A stretch of DNA of 64,000 nucleotides from an uncultured delta proteobacterium (GTDB lineage: Bacteria; Desulfobacterota; BSN033; UBA1163). Position 1 is the stretch's first letter. Every line of letters starts with the position of its first letter. The notes beneath the pieces are model-generated. The model saw only the letters and a list, made by a program, of their open reading frames with translations. It ran no database searches and was not told the origin of the DNA. A program made the translations under genes and the position numbers. Of the stretch, positions 9,003-18,650 are shown piece after piece. The stretch covers positions 224,001 through 288,000 of the forward strand of contig CAVPSJ010000013.1 of the NCBI GenBank assembly GCA_963708295.1. The letters are read 5' to 3'.

Positions 9003-9554
9003 ATGGGTTCAAAACAGATTGCGCAGGGAGAAAAGGATATTGAGATTGCTCTGGATCAAATATGCGAACAACTGCTCAGCAGACATCCCCAGTTAGACGA
9101 GATGGTATTGGTCGGGATAAGAACCGGAGGCGTCTTTCTGGCAGAACGATTAAAACAGAAGATTCTTCAAAAGGAAGGGATCGATCTTCCCACAGGAATT
9201 ATTGACATCACCCTCTACCGTGATGATTGGACCAGGTTGAGCCAGACACCGGAGGTAAAGAAAACGGAGATCCATTTTCCGATCGAGGACAAAAATGTCT
9301 TATTGGTAGACGATGTCCTTTTCACCGGAAGGACGGTCCGGGCTGCCATCGACGTCCTGCTGGACCTGGGGAGACCTCGCTGGGTTGAATTGGCCGTCTT
9401 GATTGATCGTGGCCATAGAGAATTGCCGATTTGTGCCGATTATATCGGGAAGACCTTGGAGATCTCTAGGCAGGATATGGTTCATGTGGAGCTGAAGGAA
9501 TTGGCAGGCGTCGATCGAGTTGTCATTGAACGCGGCAGACATCCCCAGTCTTGA
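9003..9554 (+). CDS. pyrR: Bifunctional pyr regulator / uracil phosphoribosyltransferase PyrR
   Basis: LVGIRTGG, DITLYRDD, LVDDVLFTGRTVRAA, DRGHRELPI. Confidence 0.95.
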   Translation: MGSKQIAQGEKDIEIALDQICEQLLSRHPQLDEMVLVGIRTGGVFLAERLKQKILQKEGIDLPTGIIDITLYRDDWTRLSQTPEVKKTEIHFPIEDKNVLLVDDVLFTGRTVRAAIDVLLDLGRPRWVELAVLIDRGHRELPICADYIGKTLEISRQDMVHVELKELAGVDRVVIERGRHPQS

Positions 9555-9686
9555 TGACTCCACAGTCCGGTGTCTTTGGCCCCTTTCAGCATGAGTCGCC
9601 CCATGCCCTTCCTGATCTCTTGCTGTCCTTTTGAATCCCCCCTTCACGCGAGTCTTTATAAACTCGAATGGGTGTTGCACTAGCAG

Positions 9687-10922
9687 ATGCTTAACTCGAT
9701 GAATGTAGAGACACGAAACGGCAGAGCGGTCGAAAGAGACAGAATCGTTACCATCGTGCTGACGGTGGTGTGTCAGAGTTTTCAGGCCCTCTCCATGGGA
9801 GGAATCGCCCTACTTCTGCCCATCATCCGGAAGGACCTGGGTTTATCCTTTACGCAAGGGGGGAGTCTGGCGGCGGCAACGACCTTAGTTTATGCCCTGA
9901 TGCAGATGCCCGCGGGCTATCTGTCCGATCGCTTCAGCCCAAAAAAATTGTTTTCCATCGGCATTCTCGGGTCAACCCTCCTGGCTTTGACCTTTGGGCT
10001 TGTCGCCAATTACTGGCAGGCTCTGGTCAACCAGATGTTGTCCGGATTCTTCCGCTCCCTTCTCTTTACACCTGGGATGGCCTTATTGACAGGATGGTTT
10101 CCTCCAAACCGACGAGCCACGGCGATCGGGTTGTACTTAGTCGGCGGATATTCGGGCAGCGTCATCTTCAATCTTGTCGGGCCACTGCTGGTGGCCAGGT
10201 TCGATTGGCGTTTTTCCTTTATCAGTATCGCCTCCGTGGGAATCATTGCAATCATGTTCCTCATCCGGTTTGCTAAAGACTCGCCTCCAACAGGTGAACG
10301 ACGGAAGGGGAATCTGCTTGAGGCATTTCATCTGTTCCGGTACAAGGTGATGTGGGTTTGCGGCGGCATTCAGTACATCCGGTTCGGCGTGGTGCAGGGG
10401 ATCACCTACTGGCTCCCCAGTCTTTTAATTGACGAGAAGGGATTATCTTTGCGGTCAGCCGGTATCATCATTGCCATTCAGGTCGTCCTCATGTCGCCAT
10501 CAAACATCATAGGAGGTTACATTTCCGATCGGCTGAAGAATCCCATCCTCGTGATCGCTGTCTCGCTGACCGTCTTAGGAATCACGACGGGACTATTGAT
10601 CACTGCGAATAACATGATTTTCCTCGTTGCCCTGATTTTCATCAATGCGATTTTTTTGCAAATGTATTTTGGACCCCTCTTCTCGATCCCGGTCGAGATA
10701 TTGGGGGTGCCTAAAGCAGGAATCTCGATTGGTTTCAGTAATCTCTTTGCAAACGTCGGTGGATTCAGCGCGGCTTACCTTCTGGGAGCGCTGAAGGATC
10801 GGTCCGGCGTGTTTAAACCCGGCTTTCTCGCCATCTGTGGAGCCTGTTTCCTGGGCCTAGCGTTAACCTTGATCCTCGCCCGCATGAGGCGCAAAGCGAT
10901 TGGTCCGATGGCAGTTTCTTAA
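9687..10922 (+). CDS. MFS transporter
   Basis: ~12 hydrophobic segments; GYLSDRF and GYISDRL motif A. Confidence 0.9.
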   Translation: MLNSMNVETRNGRAVERDRIVTIVLTVVCQSFQALSMGGIALLLPIIRKDLGLSFTQGGSLAAATTLVYALMQMPAGYLSDRFSPKKLFSIGILGSTLLALTFGLVANYWQALVNQMLSGFFRSLLFTPGMALLTGWFPPNRRATAIGLYLVGGYSGSVIFNLVGPLLVARFDWRFSFISIASVGIIAIMFLIRFAKDSPPTGERRKGNLLEAFHLFRYKVMWVCGGIQYIRFGVVQGITYWLPSLLIDEKGLSLRSAGIIIAIQVVLMSPSNIIGGYISDRLKNPILVIAVSLTVLGITTGLLITANNMIFLVALIFINAIFLQMYFGPLFSIPVEILGVPKAGISIGFSNLFANVGGFSAAYLLGALKDRSGVFKPGFLAICGACFLGLALTLILARMRRKAIGPMAVS

Positions 10923-10975
10923 ACCTTGTGCTCACTTTCAGAAAATCGGTTTCCTCTTTCCTCTAAGGGAAAAGC

Positions 10976-12274
10976 ATGAACGTCTCAAAGCGAACACGCC
11001 TAAAGGTTGGGCTCTTTTACGGGTGGTATATCCTGGCCTCTTCCTTTATCATCCTCTTTTTCACCTCTGGGGCCCGATATTCTTTCGGGGTGGCATTTAA
11101 GCCGATGATTAAAGAACTCGACTGGAGCCGGGGTTCTATTTCGTTCGCCTTTTTTCTCAATATGACCCTCTTTGCCCTCTCTCTCATCGCCGCCGGGAGG
11201 CTTTACGACCGTCACGGTCCCAAGTGGGTGATCGTTGTTTCAACGGTTTTTCTCTCGGCAGGCTTTGCACTCATCTCCGTGGTCAATTCCCTTTGGCAAT
11301 TTTATATCGTTTATGGAGTTTTCGCAGCCATTGGGTTGGGTGGAACGTCCATTCCCCTCCTCGCTGCGCTGATCAGCAAGTGGTTCACAAAATGGCGCGG
11401 CCTCGCCATCAGTCTGGCCCTGGCTGGGAATTGCATGGGCCAATTCGTGCTCATTCCGGCTTTTAGCTTCTGTACGCTCAGGTACGGCTGGAGAGTTTCC
11501 TATCTTTCGATTGGGCTCATGATGGGGTTGGTCATCATGACGTTGGCGCTGTTCGTCATGAAAGAAAGTCCGGATCACCTCGGTCTAAGCCCCGCCCGAG
11601 AAAAGGAGGCTGGGAAAAAAGGGAAGCCCGGCGAATCGGTTTCGAGCGATAGGCATCAGGATCTGAGTTTAAGAGAGGCGATGAAAACCTCTCCGTTCTG
11701 GTTCTTTCTCGTTGTGATGTTCGTCTGCGGGAGCGGGGATTTCTTGGTAACTACCCACCTCATCCCCTTCGCGACGGATCATGGGATCCTCCCGGCTCAA
11801 GCGGGAAACATGCTGGCCTGGCTTGGGTTGATGAGCCTGGTGGGAGTTCTCGCTGCGGGGCCGGCCTCGGACTTAATCGGGAATAGGATCCCGATGGCGA
11901 TCGCCTTTCTGATTCGATTCGGTGCATTTCTTCTGATCTTGGCCCATCGGGATGCAGCGTCGTTCTACCTTTTCAGCATTCTCTTTGGATTGACCTATCT
12001 CGTCACGGGACCCCTCGCCACGACTCTGCTGGGGAGACTTTATGGATTTTCTCATATTGGGCTTCTTTCGGGTTTCGCAACAACGGTTCACCATATTGCC
12101 GGAGGTTTTTGGGCATATCTGGGAGGTTTCATCTTCGATCAGACAGGGAGTTATCGGTTGGCCTTCGTCTGTTCCGCGGCCCTGGCATTCATTGCGATGG
12201 TCTGTTGTGTTTTCATCCGCGAGCGAAGGCATTTTCCCCTTAGCAAACCCTCAGATCAGCAGACGTTGACCTGA
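10976..12274 (+). CDS. MFS transporter (OFA/MCT-like)
   Basis: FYGW start, GRLYDRHGPK, KWF..RGLA, GFIFDQTGSY. Confidence 0.9.
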   Translation: MNVSKRTRLKVGLFYGWYILASSFIILFFTSGARYSFGVAFKPMIKELDWSRGSISFAFFLNMTLFALSLIAAGRLYDRHGPKWVIVVSTVFLSAGFALISVVNSLWQFYIVYGVFAAIGLGGTSIPLLAALISKWFTKWRGLAISLALAGNCMGQFVLIPAFSFCTLRYGWRVSYLSIGLMMGLVIMTLALFVMKESPDHLGLSPAREKEAGKKGKPGESVSSDRHQDLSLREAMKTSPFWFFLVVMFVCGSGDFLVTTHLIPFATDHGILPAQAGNMLAWLGLMSLVGVLAAGPASDLIGNRIPMAIAFLIRFGAFLLILAHRDAASFYLFSILFGLTYLVTGPLATTLLGRLYGFSHIGLLSGFATTVHHIAGGFWAYLGGFIFDQTGSYRLAFVCSAALAFIAMVCCVFIRERRHFPLSKPSDQQTLT

Positions 12275-12426
12275 AGGAGCCACTTTCACCGATGTCATTT
12301 GATTCATGAAGCCCAGAAGGAAGCATCCGCAAATCCGGGATAAATGGTTTTCCCTTTCCCCTCTCGCGCAAAGACGATTTTATGGTTGTCACAGAAAAAG
12401 GGATGCTTTAGGGCGGAGGGGGCTCC

Positions 12427-12455
12427 TTGATTCTTCAGGGCAGTTTTATTATAGT
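12427..12455 (+). promoter_or_regulatory. Sigma-70-type promoter upstream of the zinc-ribbon gene and recG
   Basis: TTGATT-N17-TATAGT. Confidence 0.5.
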
Positions 12456-12497
12456 TTTTGTAATGTTAGGCGAGAGGCGCCGGGAATAGAGTTTTGA

Positions 12498-12701
12498 ATG
12501 ATTCGAAGAGCGAAACGGTCTAAGAAAAAGGAATTTGAAGAACAAGTGGTTCAAAAGTTTCCTCATCGTTGTCCTTATTGCGATCAGCCCATTTCTTATG
12601 ATCCGTTCGATTTGAAGGTGGGAGAAAACGTCATCCAGTGCTTCTCTTGCAAAAGGACTTATATCAAAGTCGTTTCAAATTCTTATGAAAAAAGAGGTTG
12701 A
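12498..12701 (+). CDS. Small zinc-ribbon protein
   Basis: CPYC...CFSC pair in a 67-aa ORF between the promoter and recG. Confidence 0.65.
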   Translation: MIRRAKRSKKKEFEEQVVQKFPHRCPYCDQPISYDPFDLKVGENVIQCFSCKRTYIKVVSNSYEKRG

Positions 12702-12770
12702 CTCGATCCCCTCCATCATCAAGAGGGAAGGCGAGCGTCCCGTCGATGTCGGAACGCTGCGGTAATCGAT

Positions 12771-14903
12771 ATGGACCGACCCCATCCCCCGCATTTTCGA
12801 GATCGTCTGCTCACCCCGATGCAGTATGTGAAGGGCGTGGGACCCAAGCTGTCTAAGCTCTTCGAGAAAAAAGGGATTCTCACTGTGGAGGACGCACTTT
12901 ACTCTCTGCCGCGGCGCTATGAAGACCGCAGGAGCTTGAAGAAGATCTCAGAACTCAAAGCCGGGGGAAAGGAGACAGGGTTCGGTGAGATTCTGCTCTC
13001 AGGAGTTGCATTTTATCAGAACAAAAGGAGAAGGGTGTTTGAGACCGTGGTCGGGGACGGGAGCGGCACGATCACATTGAAGTGGTTTCACGGTAATGAG
13101 AGATACCTCAGGGAACGATTTAAGAAAGGACGCCAGCTGATCTTCTCCGGAGACGTGAGGTGGTTCAACCATCAGAGAGAGATTCATCACCCCGATGTAG
13201 AAATGGTCGACGGGGATGTGGAAAAAGATTACCTTAACTTCAAACGGATCGTTCCCGTCTATTCCGAAACCGAAGGACTTTATCAGAGGACGATGAGAAG
13301 GCTGATGAACACCATCCTGGAGGGGTATGCCGATGAACTCTCGAGCCCCATCCCGCCAGAGGTTGTGAGACGACAAAACCTGATTGATTTCTCGGAGGCC
13401 TTCCGGAGGGTTCATTTCCCTCCTGAAGGAGAATCGCTGGATGCCTTGAACCTCCAGCGTTCGGACGGCCACCGGCGAATCATTTTCGATGAGTTTTTTT
13501 TCCTGGAACTGGGAATGGCATTGAAAAAGAGGGGGGTGGCTCTGGAGACGGGGGTTGCTTTCAAAACGGATGGCGCCCTGGCCCAGAGATTGTTGAGTCT
13601 TCTTTCTTTCAAACTGACCCCTGCGCAGGAGAGGGTTTTCGCCGAGATCAAGGCAGATCTCCAAAAACCGCATCCCATGAACCGATTGATTCAAGGGGAT
13701 GTGGGGAGCGGGAAGACCGTCGTTGCCCTTTTGGCTTGTTTGTCTGTCGTAGAATGTGGCCATCAGGCAGCGATCATGGCGCCGACGGAGGTGTTGGCGG
13801 AACAACACTTTCTCAGTCTCCGTCGGTGGCTGGAGCCTTTGGGGGTGAAGGTGGCTCTGCTGACGAGCAGCACCAAGAGTTCCGAGAGGGAAGATCTTTA
13901 TCCGAGGATCCGGAATGGCGGTGTCCAGCTGGTGATCGGGACCCATGCCGTGATTCAGGAAGCGGTTGAATTCAACCGCTTGGGACTCGCCGTCATTGAT
14001 GAGCAGCACAAGTTCGGTGTGGTCCAAAGAGGACTTTTGAAGAAGAAGGGAGAAAGCCCTGACGTCCTGGTGATGACAGCCACTCCCATCCCGAGGACCC
14101 TTGCGATGACCGTTTATGGGGATCTTGATGTTTCGCTCATTGATGAGATGCCGCCCGGAAGAGTACCGGTAGAGACCAGGGTCTTTCCTGAATCCGCAAG
14201 GGCCAAAGTCTATCGAATCCTCGAGGAGGAAATCAAGAAGGGTCGCCAAGCCTTTGTTGTCTATCCCTTGGTGGAGGAGTCTGAAAAATTGGACCTCAAG
14301 GATGCCACCCGGATGGCGGATCACTTGCAGAAAGAGATCTTTCCTGAGTTTCGCCTGGGTTTGCTCCACGGCAGGATGAAAAGTGACGAGAAAGAGGCCA
14401 TGATGACGGAGGTTCAAAGGGGAAGGGTTCAAATCCTGGTCGCAACGACCGTGATTGAAGTGGGAATCGACATTCCAAACGCCTCGGTGATGGTGGTAGA
14501 GCATGCAGAACGATTCGGCCTCTCTCAGCTCCATCAGCTCAGGGGCAGGATCGGCCGGGGGCATTACCCGTCCAAATGTATTTTACTGGCCCAGTACCGG
14601 TCTTCTGAGGAGGCAAGGGTTCGGCTTCGAGCCATGGAGAGAACGACCGACGGATTTAAGATTGCCGAGGAAGATTTGGCCATCAGGGGACCCGGAGAAT
14701 TTTTCGGCATCCGCCAGTCCGGATTGCCGGATTTCAGGGTGGCTCACGTCGTCCGGGATACCCCTATTTTGATTGAGGCGAGAAAAGAAGCCTTTCGAAT
14801 CGTTCAAGAAGACCCTGAGCTGGCTCATCCTTCCCATCGAGGGCTGAGAGACGTATTCATCAAGCGGTGGAAAAGTAGGATGGAGCTGGCAACCGTTGGG
14901 TAA
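12771..14903 (+). CDS. recG: ATP-dependent DNA helicase RecG
   Basis: RLIQGDVGSGKT, DEQHKFGV, MTATPIPRTL, QLHQLRGRIGRG, DLAIRGPGE. Confidence 0.98.
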   Translation: MDRPHPPHFRDRLLTPMQYVKGVGPKLSKLFEKKGILTVEDALYSLPRRYEDRRSLKKISELKAGGKETGFGEILLSGVAFYQNKRRRVFETVVGDGSGTITLKWFHGNERYLRERFKKGRQLIFSGDVRWFNHQREIHHPDVEMVDGDVEKDYLNFKRIVPVYSETEGLYQRTMRRLMNTILEGYADELSSPIPPEVVRRQNLIDFSEAFRRVHFPPEGESLDALNLQRSDGHRRIIFDEFFFLELGMALKKRGVALETGVAFKTDGALAQRLLSLLSFKLTPAQERVFAEIKADLQKPHPMNRLIQGDVGSGKTVVALLACLSVVECGHQAAIMAPTEVLAEQHFLSLRRWLEPLGVKVALLTSSTKSSEREDLYPRIRNGGVQLVIGTHAVIQEAVEFNRLGLAVIDEQHKFGVVQRGLLKKKGESPDVLVMTATPIPRTLAMTVYGDLDVSLIDEMPPGRVPVETRVFPESARAKVYRILEEEIKKGRQAFVVYPLVEESEKLDLKDATRMADHLQKEIFPEFRLGLLHGRMKSDEKEAMMTEVQRGRVQILVATTVIEVGIDIPNASVMVVEHAERFGLSQLHQLRGRIGRGHYPSKCILLAQYRSSEEARVRLRAMERTTDGFKIAEEDLAIRGPGEFFGIRQSGLPDFRVAHVVRDTPILIEARKEAFRIVQEDPELAHPSHRGLRDVFIKRWKSRMELATVG

Positions 14904-15152
14904 GAACCCCTATCCCAGTGCGGTTCGGGGGCGTAGGGAATTGAAAAGATAAGAAAATTATGTTAACCCTTTTAAAATATCCCCTTTGGCCATGAAGGCG
15001 TGAAATAAGAATTGGATGGGGAGATCAGGCGGGGATATCTCCAAAGCTTCACCAAGCGACCCTTTGATACCCCTGCCCGACCTCCCTGCCTTGTAGGCCT
15101 TCTTACAGGGACATCGTTCTTTTATTCTAATTCGGCGGAAGGAACTCGTGCT

Positions 15153-16352
15153 ATGGAGATGTTTCATCCTGAAGGCTCCGGATTTCATCGAATGGAGAGG
15201 CTCCCCCCTTATATCTTTGGAATTGTCAATCAACTGAAGATGGAGGCAAGACGAAGAGGGGAGGATATCATTGATTTAGGCATGGGAAACCCTGATCTGC
15301 CCACGCCCAATCATATCGTTAACAAGTTGATTGACGCCGTAAAAAACCCGAGGAATCACCGCTATTCTGCGTCGAAAGGGATTTATAAGTTGAGGTGCGC
15401 GATCACCGATTGGTACCGAAAACGTTACGATGTCGATCTCGACCCGGAGACGGAGAGTGTGGTGACCATCGGTGCCAAGGAAGGACTCGGTCATCTGGCA
15501 TTAGCGACCCTGGGGCCTGGCGATGTTGTGCTCGTTCCGAATCCGACCTATCCCATCCATGCCTATTCGGTTGTGATCGCGGGAGGAGATATCCGTTCGG
15601 TTCCTCTGGCGGGAGGAGGGGACTTCTTTAAAAAGTTGTTGACGGCAACAAAAGAGACTTGGCCTCACCCGAAGATGATTATCGTGAGTTTCCCCCATAA
15701 TCCAACCACCGTTGTGGTGGACGTCGGTTTCTTTGAAAATCTGGTCGCCTTTGCAAAAGAGCATCACCTGATGATCGTTCACGATCTGGCCTACGGGGAT
15801 ATCGTCTTTGATGGATATAAGGCTCCCAGTCTCCTTCAGGTCAAAGGGGCGAAGGATGTCGGAGTGGAGTTTTACTCTCTTTCGAAGAGCTATAACATGC
15901 CCGGTTGGCGAGTGGGGTTTGCGGTTGGAAATGCCGGGATGCTGGCGGCTCTGGCAAGGCTGAAGAGTTACCTGGATTACGGGGTCTTTCAACCCATCCA
16001 AATAGCGGGGATCATTGCCCTCAACGAAGATCAGGATTGCGTCCGTCAGACCGTAGAGGAGTATCGGAAGAGAAGGGATGTCCTCGTCAACGGACTAAAA
16101 CGGGTGGGTTGGGAGATTGAAAAACCGAAAGGGACGATGTTCGTGTGGGCAGAGATTCCGAAGGTCTTCGAGAAGATGGGGTCGATTGAGTTTTCGAAGC
16201 ACCTCTTGAGGGAAGGGGGAGTGGCTGTCTCTCCGGGGATCGGGTTTGGTGAATACGGAGAGGGCTTCGTCAGGTTTGCCTTGGTGGAGAATGAAGCCCG
16301 CATCAAACAGGCGGTCAAGGGGATTCAGCGGGTTCTGAAAAAAGGGATCTAA
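15153..16352 (+). CDS. PLP-dependent class I/II aminotransferase (AlaC/YfdZ-like)
   Basis: [44 protein letters not shown]; typical position before hom. Confidence 0.9.
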   Translation: MEMFHPEGSGFHRMERLPPYIFGIVNQLKMEARRRGEDIIDLGMGNPDLPTPNHIVNKLIDAVKNPRNHRYSASKGIYKLRCAITDWYRKRYDVDLDPETESVVTIGAKEGLGHLALATLGPGDVVLVPNPTYPIHAYSVVIAGGDIRSVPLAGGGDFFKKLLTATKETWPHPKMIIVSFPHNPTTVVVDVGFFENLVAFAKEHHLMIVHDLAYGDIVFDGYKAPSLLQVKGAKDVGVEFYSLSKSYNMPGWRVGFAVGNAGMLAALARLKSYLDYGVFQPIQIAGIIALNEDQDCVRQTVEEYRKRRDVLVNGLKRVGWEIEKPKGTMFVWAEIPKVFEKMGSIEFSKHLLREGGVAVSPGIGFGEYGEGFVRFALVENEARIKQAVKGIQRVLKKGI

Positions 16353-16356
16353 GGAT

Positions 16357-16560
16357 AAATCCCATATCCCAAAGGTCAAATCCCTGCCTTCGCCGAAGCG
16401 GCTTCGCGCAGGCAGGCCAGACAAATTTCAAATTCTAATACCGAATGACCAAATAACCGCCCTCACCTCGTCCCTCTCCCTTGGGGGAGAGGGGAAGAGT
16501 GAGGGGGTTTTGAATTTTGAATCCTGGTGATTGGAGTTTGCTTGGAAATGGGTGCTTGTC
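16357..16560. repeat. Composite nested inverted-repeat element
   Basis: 7-bp periodic arms enclosing a CCTGCC..GGCAGG hairpin (16383-16416) and a CCCTCACC..GTGAGGG hairpin (16460-16505). Confidence 0.7.
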
Positions 16561-16620
16561 ACAACCCATTCCGGGCAAAGGGCTTCCATTGATTCTAGGG
16601 TTGATTAAGGGAAGGGGACG

Positions 16621-17934
16621 ATGAAAGAGATTAAGGTGGGTCTGATCGGTTTTGGGACAGTGGGTTCCGGTGTTGCAAGAATCTTGCAGAAAAACTCCAG
16701 GCTGATCGAAAAGCATATGGGTGCCAGGCTCGTCTTGAAACGAATTGCCGACATCGATTTGAAAACCGATCGCGGGGTGAAGGTGAAACCGGGGGTCCTC
16801 ACTCCAAGGGCAGAGGATGTGATCAACGATCCTGAAATCGATATTGTCATGGAGTTGATCGGAGGCGTTGAGCCGGCAAAAACGCTTATTCTGAAGGCCA
16901 TTCGGAATAAAAAGCACATCGTCACGGCGAACAAGGCCCTCCTCGCCCTTCATGGCGATGAGATCTTCGGGGAGGCTCACCGCTATGGAGTGGATGTTAA
17001 CTTTGAAGCCTCGGTCGGTGGGGGTATTCCGCTCATCCGGTCGATCAAAGAAGGTTTGGTTGCCAACCGGATTCATTCGATCTTCGGAATTCTAAACGGG
17101 ACTTCCAACTACATCCTCTCCAAGATGACGGATGAGGGAAGAAATTTTAGGGAGGTTTTGAAAGAAGCCCAAGAGAAGGGATATGCAGAGACAGACCCTA
17201 CCTTTGACATTGAAGGGATCGACACGGCTCACAAGCTTGCGATCCTGGTGCGTCTCGCCTTTGGGAGCCCTCTCCGATTTAAAGAGATATTCATTGGAGG
17301 CATCTCGGAGATCACTCCCTTAGATATTCAATTCAGTCGAGAGTTTGGTTATCGGATTAAGCTCCTGGCCATTGCCAAAATGGAGAAGGGGAGGATAGAG
17401 GCTCATGTTCACCCTACGATGATTCCCGAGGGACATTTGCTTTCAACGGTGGAAGGGGTTTTCAATGCGATTTATGTTAAAGGGGACGCCGTTGGACCCG
17501 TTCTGTTCTACGGTCAGGGGGCAGGGCAAATGCCCACGGGGAGTGCCGTAGTGAGCGATCTGGTCGAACTGGGGAGGAATGTCCTGACGCAAGCCTCCGG
17601 GCGGCGGGTGCCTCTGCTCTCTTTTCAAGAATGGGCTTTAGAGGAAATTCCCCTTAAAAAGATGGATGATGTCGTGATGCCTTTTTATATCCGATTTTCG
17701 GCATTGGATCGACCCAGGGTGCTTTCAAGAATTTCAGGAATCTTAGGCAAGAATGATATTAGCATCTCTGCGGTGAATCAAGAAGGAAGGCAGATTCGTG
17801 GTGCAGTTTCCGTTGTGATGATGACCCATGAGGCCAGAGAAAAGAATGTTCATCGTGCCCTGCAGGAGATTAACCGCCTGGGTGTGATTCTGGGAAAGAC
17901 GGTGTTTATTCGGGTCGTAAACGAACTGGAATAA
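16621..17934 (+). CDS. hom: Homoserine dehydrogenase with C-terminal ACT domain
   Basis: GFGTVG, VTANKA, FEASVGGGIP, GILNGTSNYIL, DTAHKL, GAGQMPTGSAV. Confidence 0.97.
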   Translation: MKEIKVGLIGFGTVGSGVARILQKNSRLIEKHMGARLVLKRIADIDLKTDRGVKVKPGVLTPRAEDVINDPEIDIVMELIGGVEPAKTLILKAIRNKKHIVTANKALLALHGDEIFGEAHRYGVDVNFEASVGGGIPLIRSIKEGLVANRIHSIFGILNGTSNYILSKMTDEGRNFREVLKEAQEKGYAETDPTFDIEGIDTAHKLAILVRLAFGSPLRFKEIFIGGISEITPLDIQFSREFGYRIKLLAIAKMEKGRIEAHVHPTMIPEGHLLSTVEGVFNAIYVKGDAVGPVLFYGQGAGQMPTGSAVVSDLVELGRNVLTQASGRRVPLLSFQEWALEEIPLKKMDDVVMPFYIRFSALDRPRVLSRISGILGKNDISISAVNQEGRQIRGAVSVVMMTHEAREKNVHRALQEINRLGVILGKTVFIRVVNELE

Positions 17935-17993
17935 GATCTTGGGATTCACGGGACCTAGCCTCAAGGACCCGGACACCGCTATTAGAGTCCCTT

Positions 17994-18121
17994 AGAACCC
18001 GTTTCACACCCTAATAAAGAGATAGGTTTGAAACCTCTCGACCTTCGATAACCTCCTGAAGTTTTCCCCAACGCAGCAAATACGGATTATTTCATCTTCT
18101 GGAGCGTGCGAAACGGGCTCT
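17994..18121. mobile_element. MITE-like element with 16-bp terminal inverted repeats
   Basis: AGAACCCGTTTCACAC vs reverse complement of right end AGAGCCCGTTTCGCAC (14/16 match). Confidence 0.6.
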
Positions 18122-18589
18122 TCACAACCAATACTGCAATAATCGCGCTAACCATTCTTTCGCCCGTTCGCTAAAGGGTCTTTCTTTCCACTCTTCTAAA
18201 CAGATTTGATGAGAGTTCTCAACATCTTTTTCAAACATTGTTTCCATCTCCGCCGCAAAATCGCGACCCAGGATGACCGCATTCACCTCGTCATTTCTTA
18301 AGAAACTCCATAGATCCATATTGGTCGATCCCACAGTGGACCAGACCGCATCGATGACAGCAGTCTTTGCGTGGAGCATAGCATTCCTACGCTCGTACAA
18401 CTTCACCCCTGATTTCAAGAGGTGCCTATAATGAGAACGGCCCGCATAGAAAACGGACAATTCATCAGTGATGCCCGGAAGGACAATTTTCACATCCACT
18501 CCGCGCCTGGCGGCACCCCGAAGAGCCTTCACGGTCTGCCTGTCTGGGACAAAATAGGAGTTCGTCAGGTGAATAAAATTCTGGGCGCA
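18122..18589 (-). pseudogene. 5'-truncated cardiolipin synthase (second PLD domain only)
   Basis: SYFVPD, AARRGVDV, LHAKTAVID, VGSTNMD.S..NDE; no first HKD domain and no plausible start; upstream codons run through a terminator. Confidence 0.8.
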
Positions 18590-18590
18590 T

Positions 18591-18632
18591 AAAAAATAAT
18601 AAATCCCGGGCCCTTTTCGGAAGAACCCGGGA
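18591..18632 (-). terminator. Intrinsic terminator of the FecR/DUF6600 gene
   Basis: Minus strand TCCCGGGTTCTT..AAGGGCCCGGGA hairpin followed by TTTATTATTTTTT. Confidence 0.75.
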
Positions 18633-18650
18633 CGGAGTGTGCCTTTCCAA

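Noticed and set aside
8830-9003. PyrR-binding attenuator upstream of pyrR
   Set aside because: No AGTCCAGAGAGGCT-like loop is visible; the space is occupied by repeat elements and no pyr genes follow.
12999-14564. 521-aa ORF on the minus strand
   Set aside because: Fully antisense to recG with no recognisable motifs; a shadow ORF, like most other overlapping ORFs in the track.
15012-15152. 47-aa N-terminal extension of the aminotransferase
   Set aside because: No family similarity; ATG 15153 has an upstream GAAGGA and fits the usual length.
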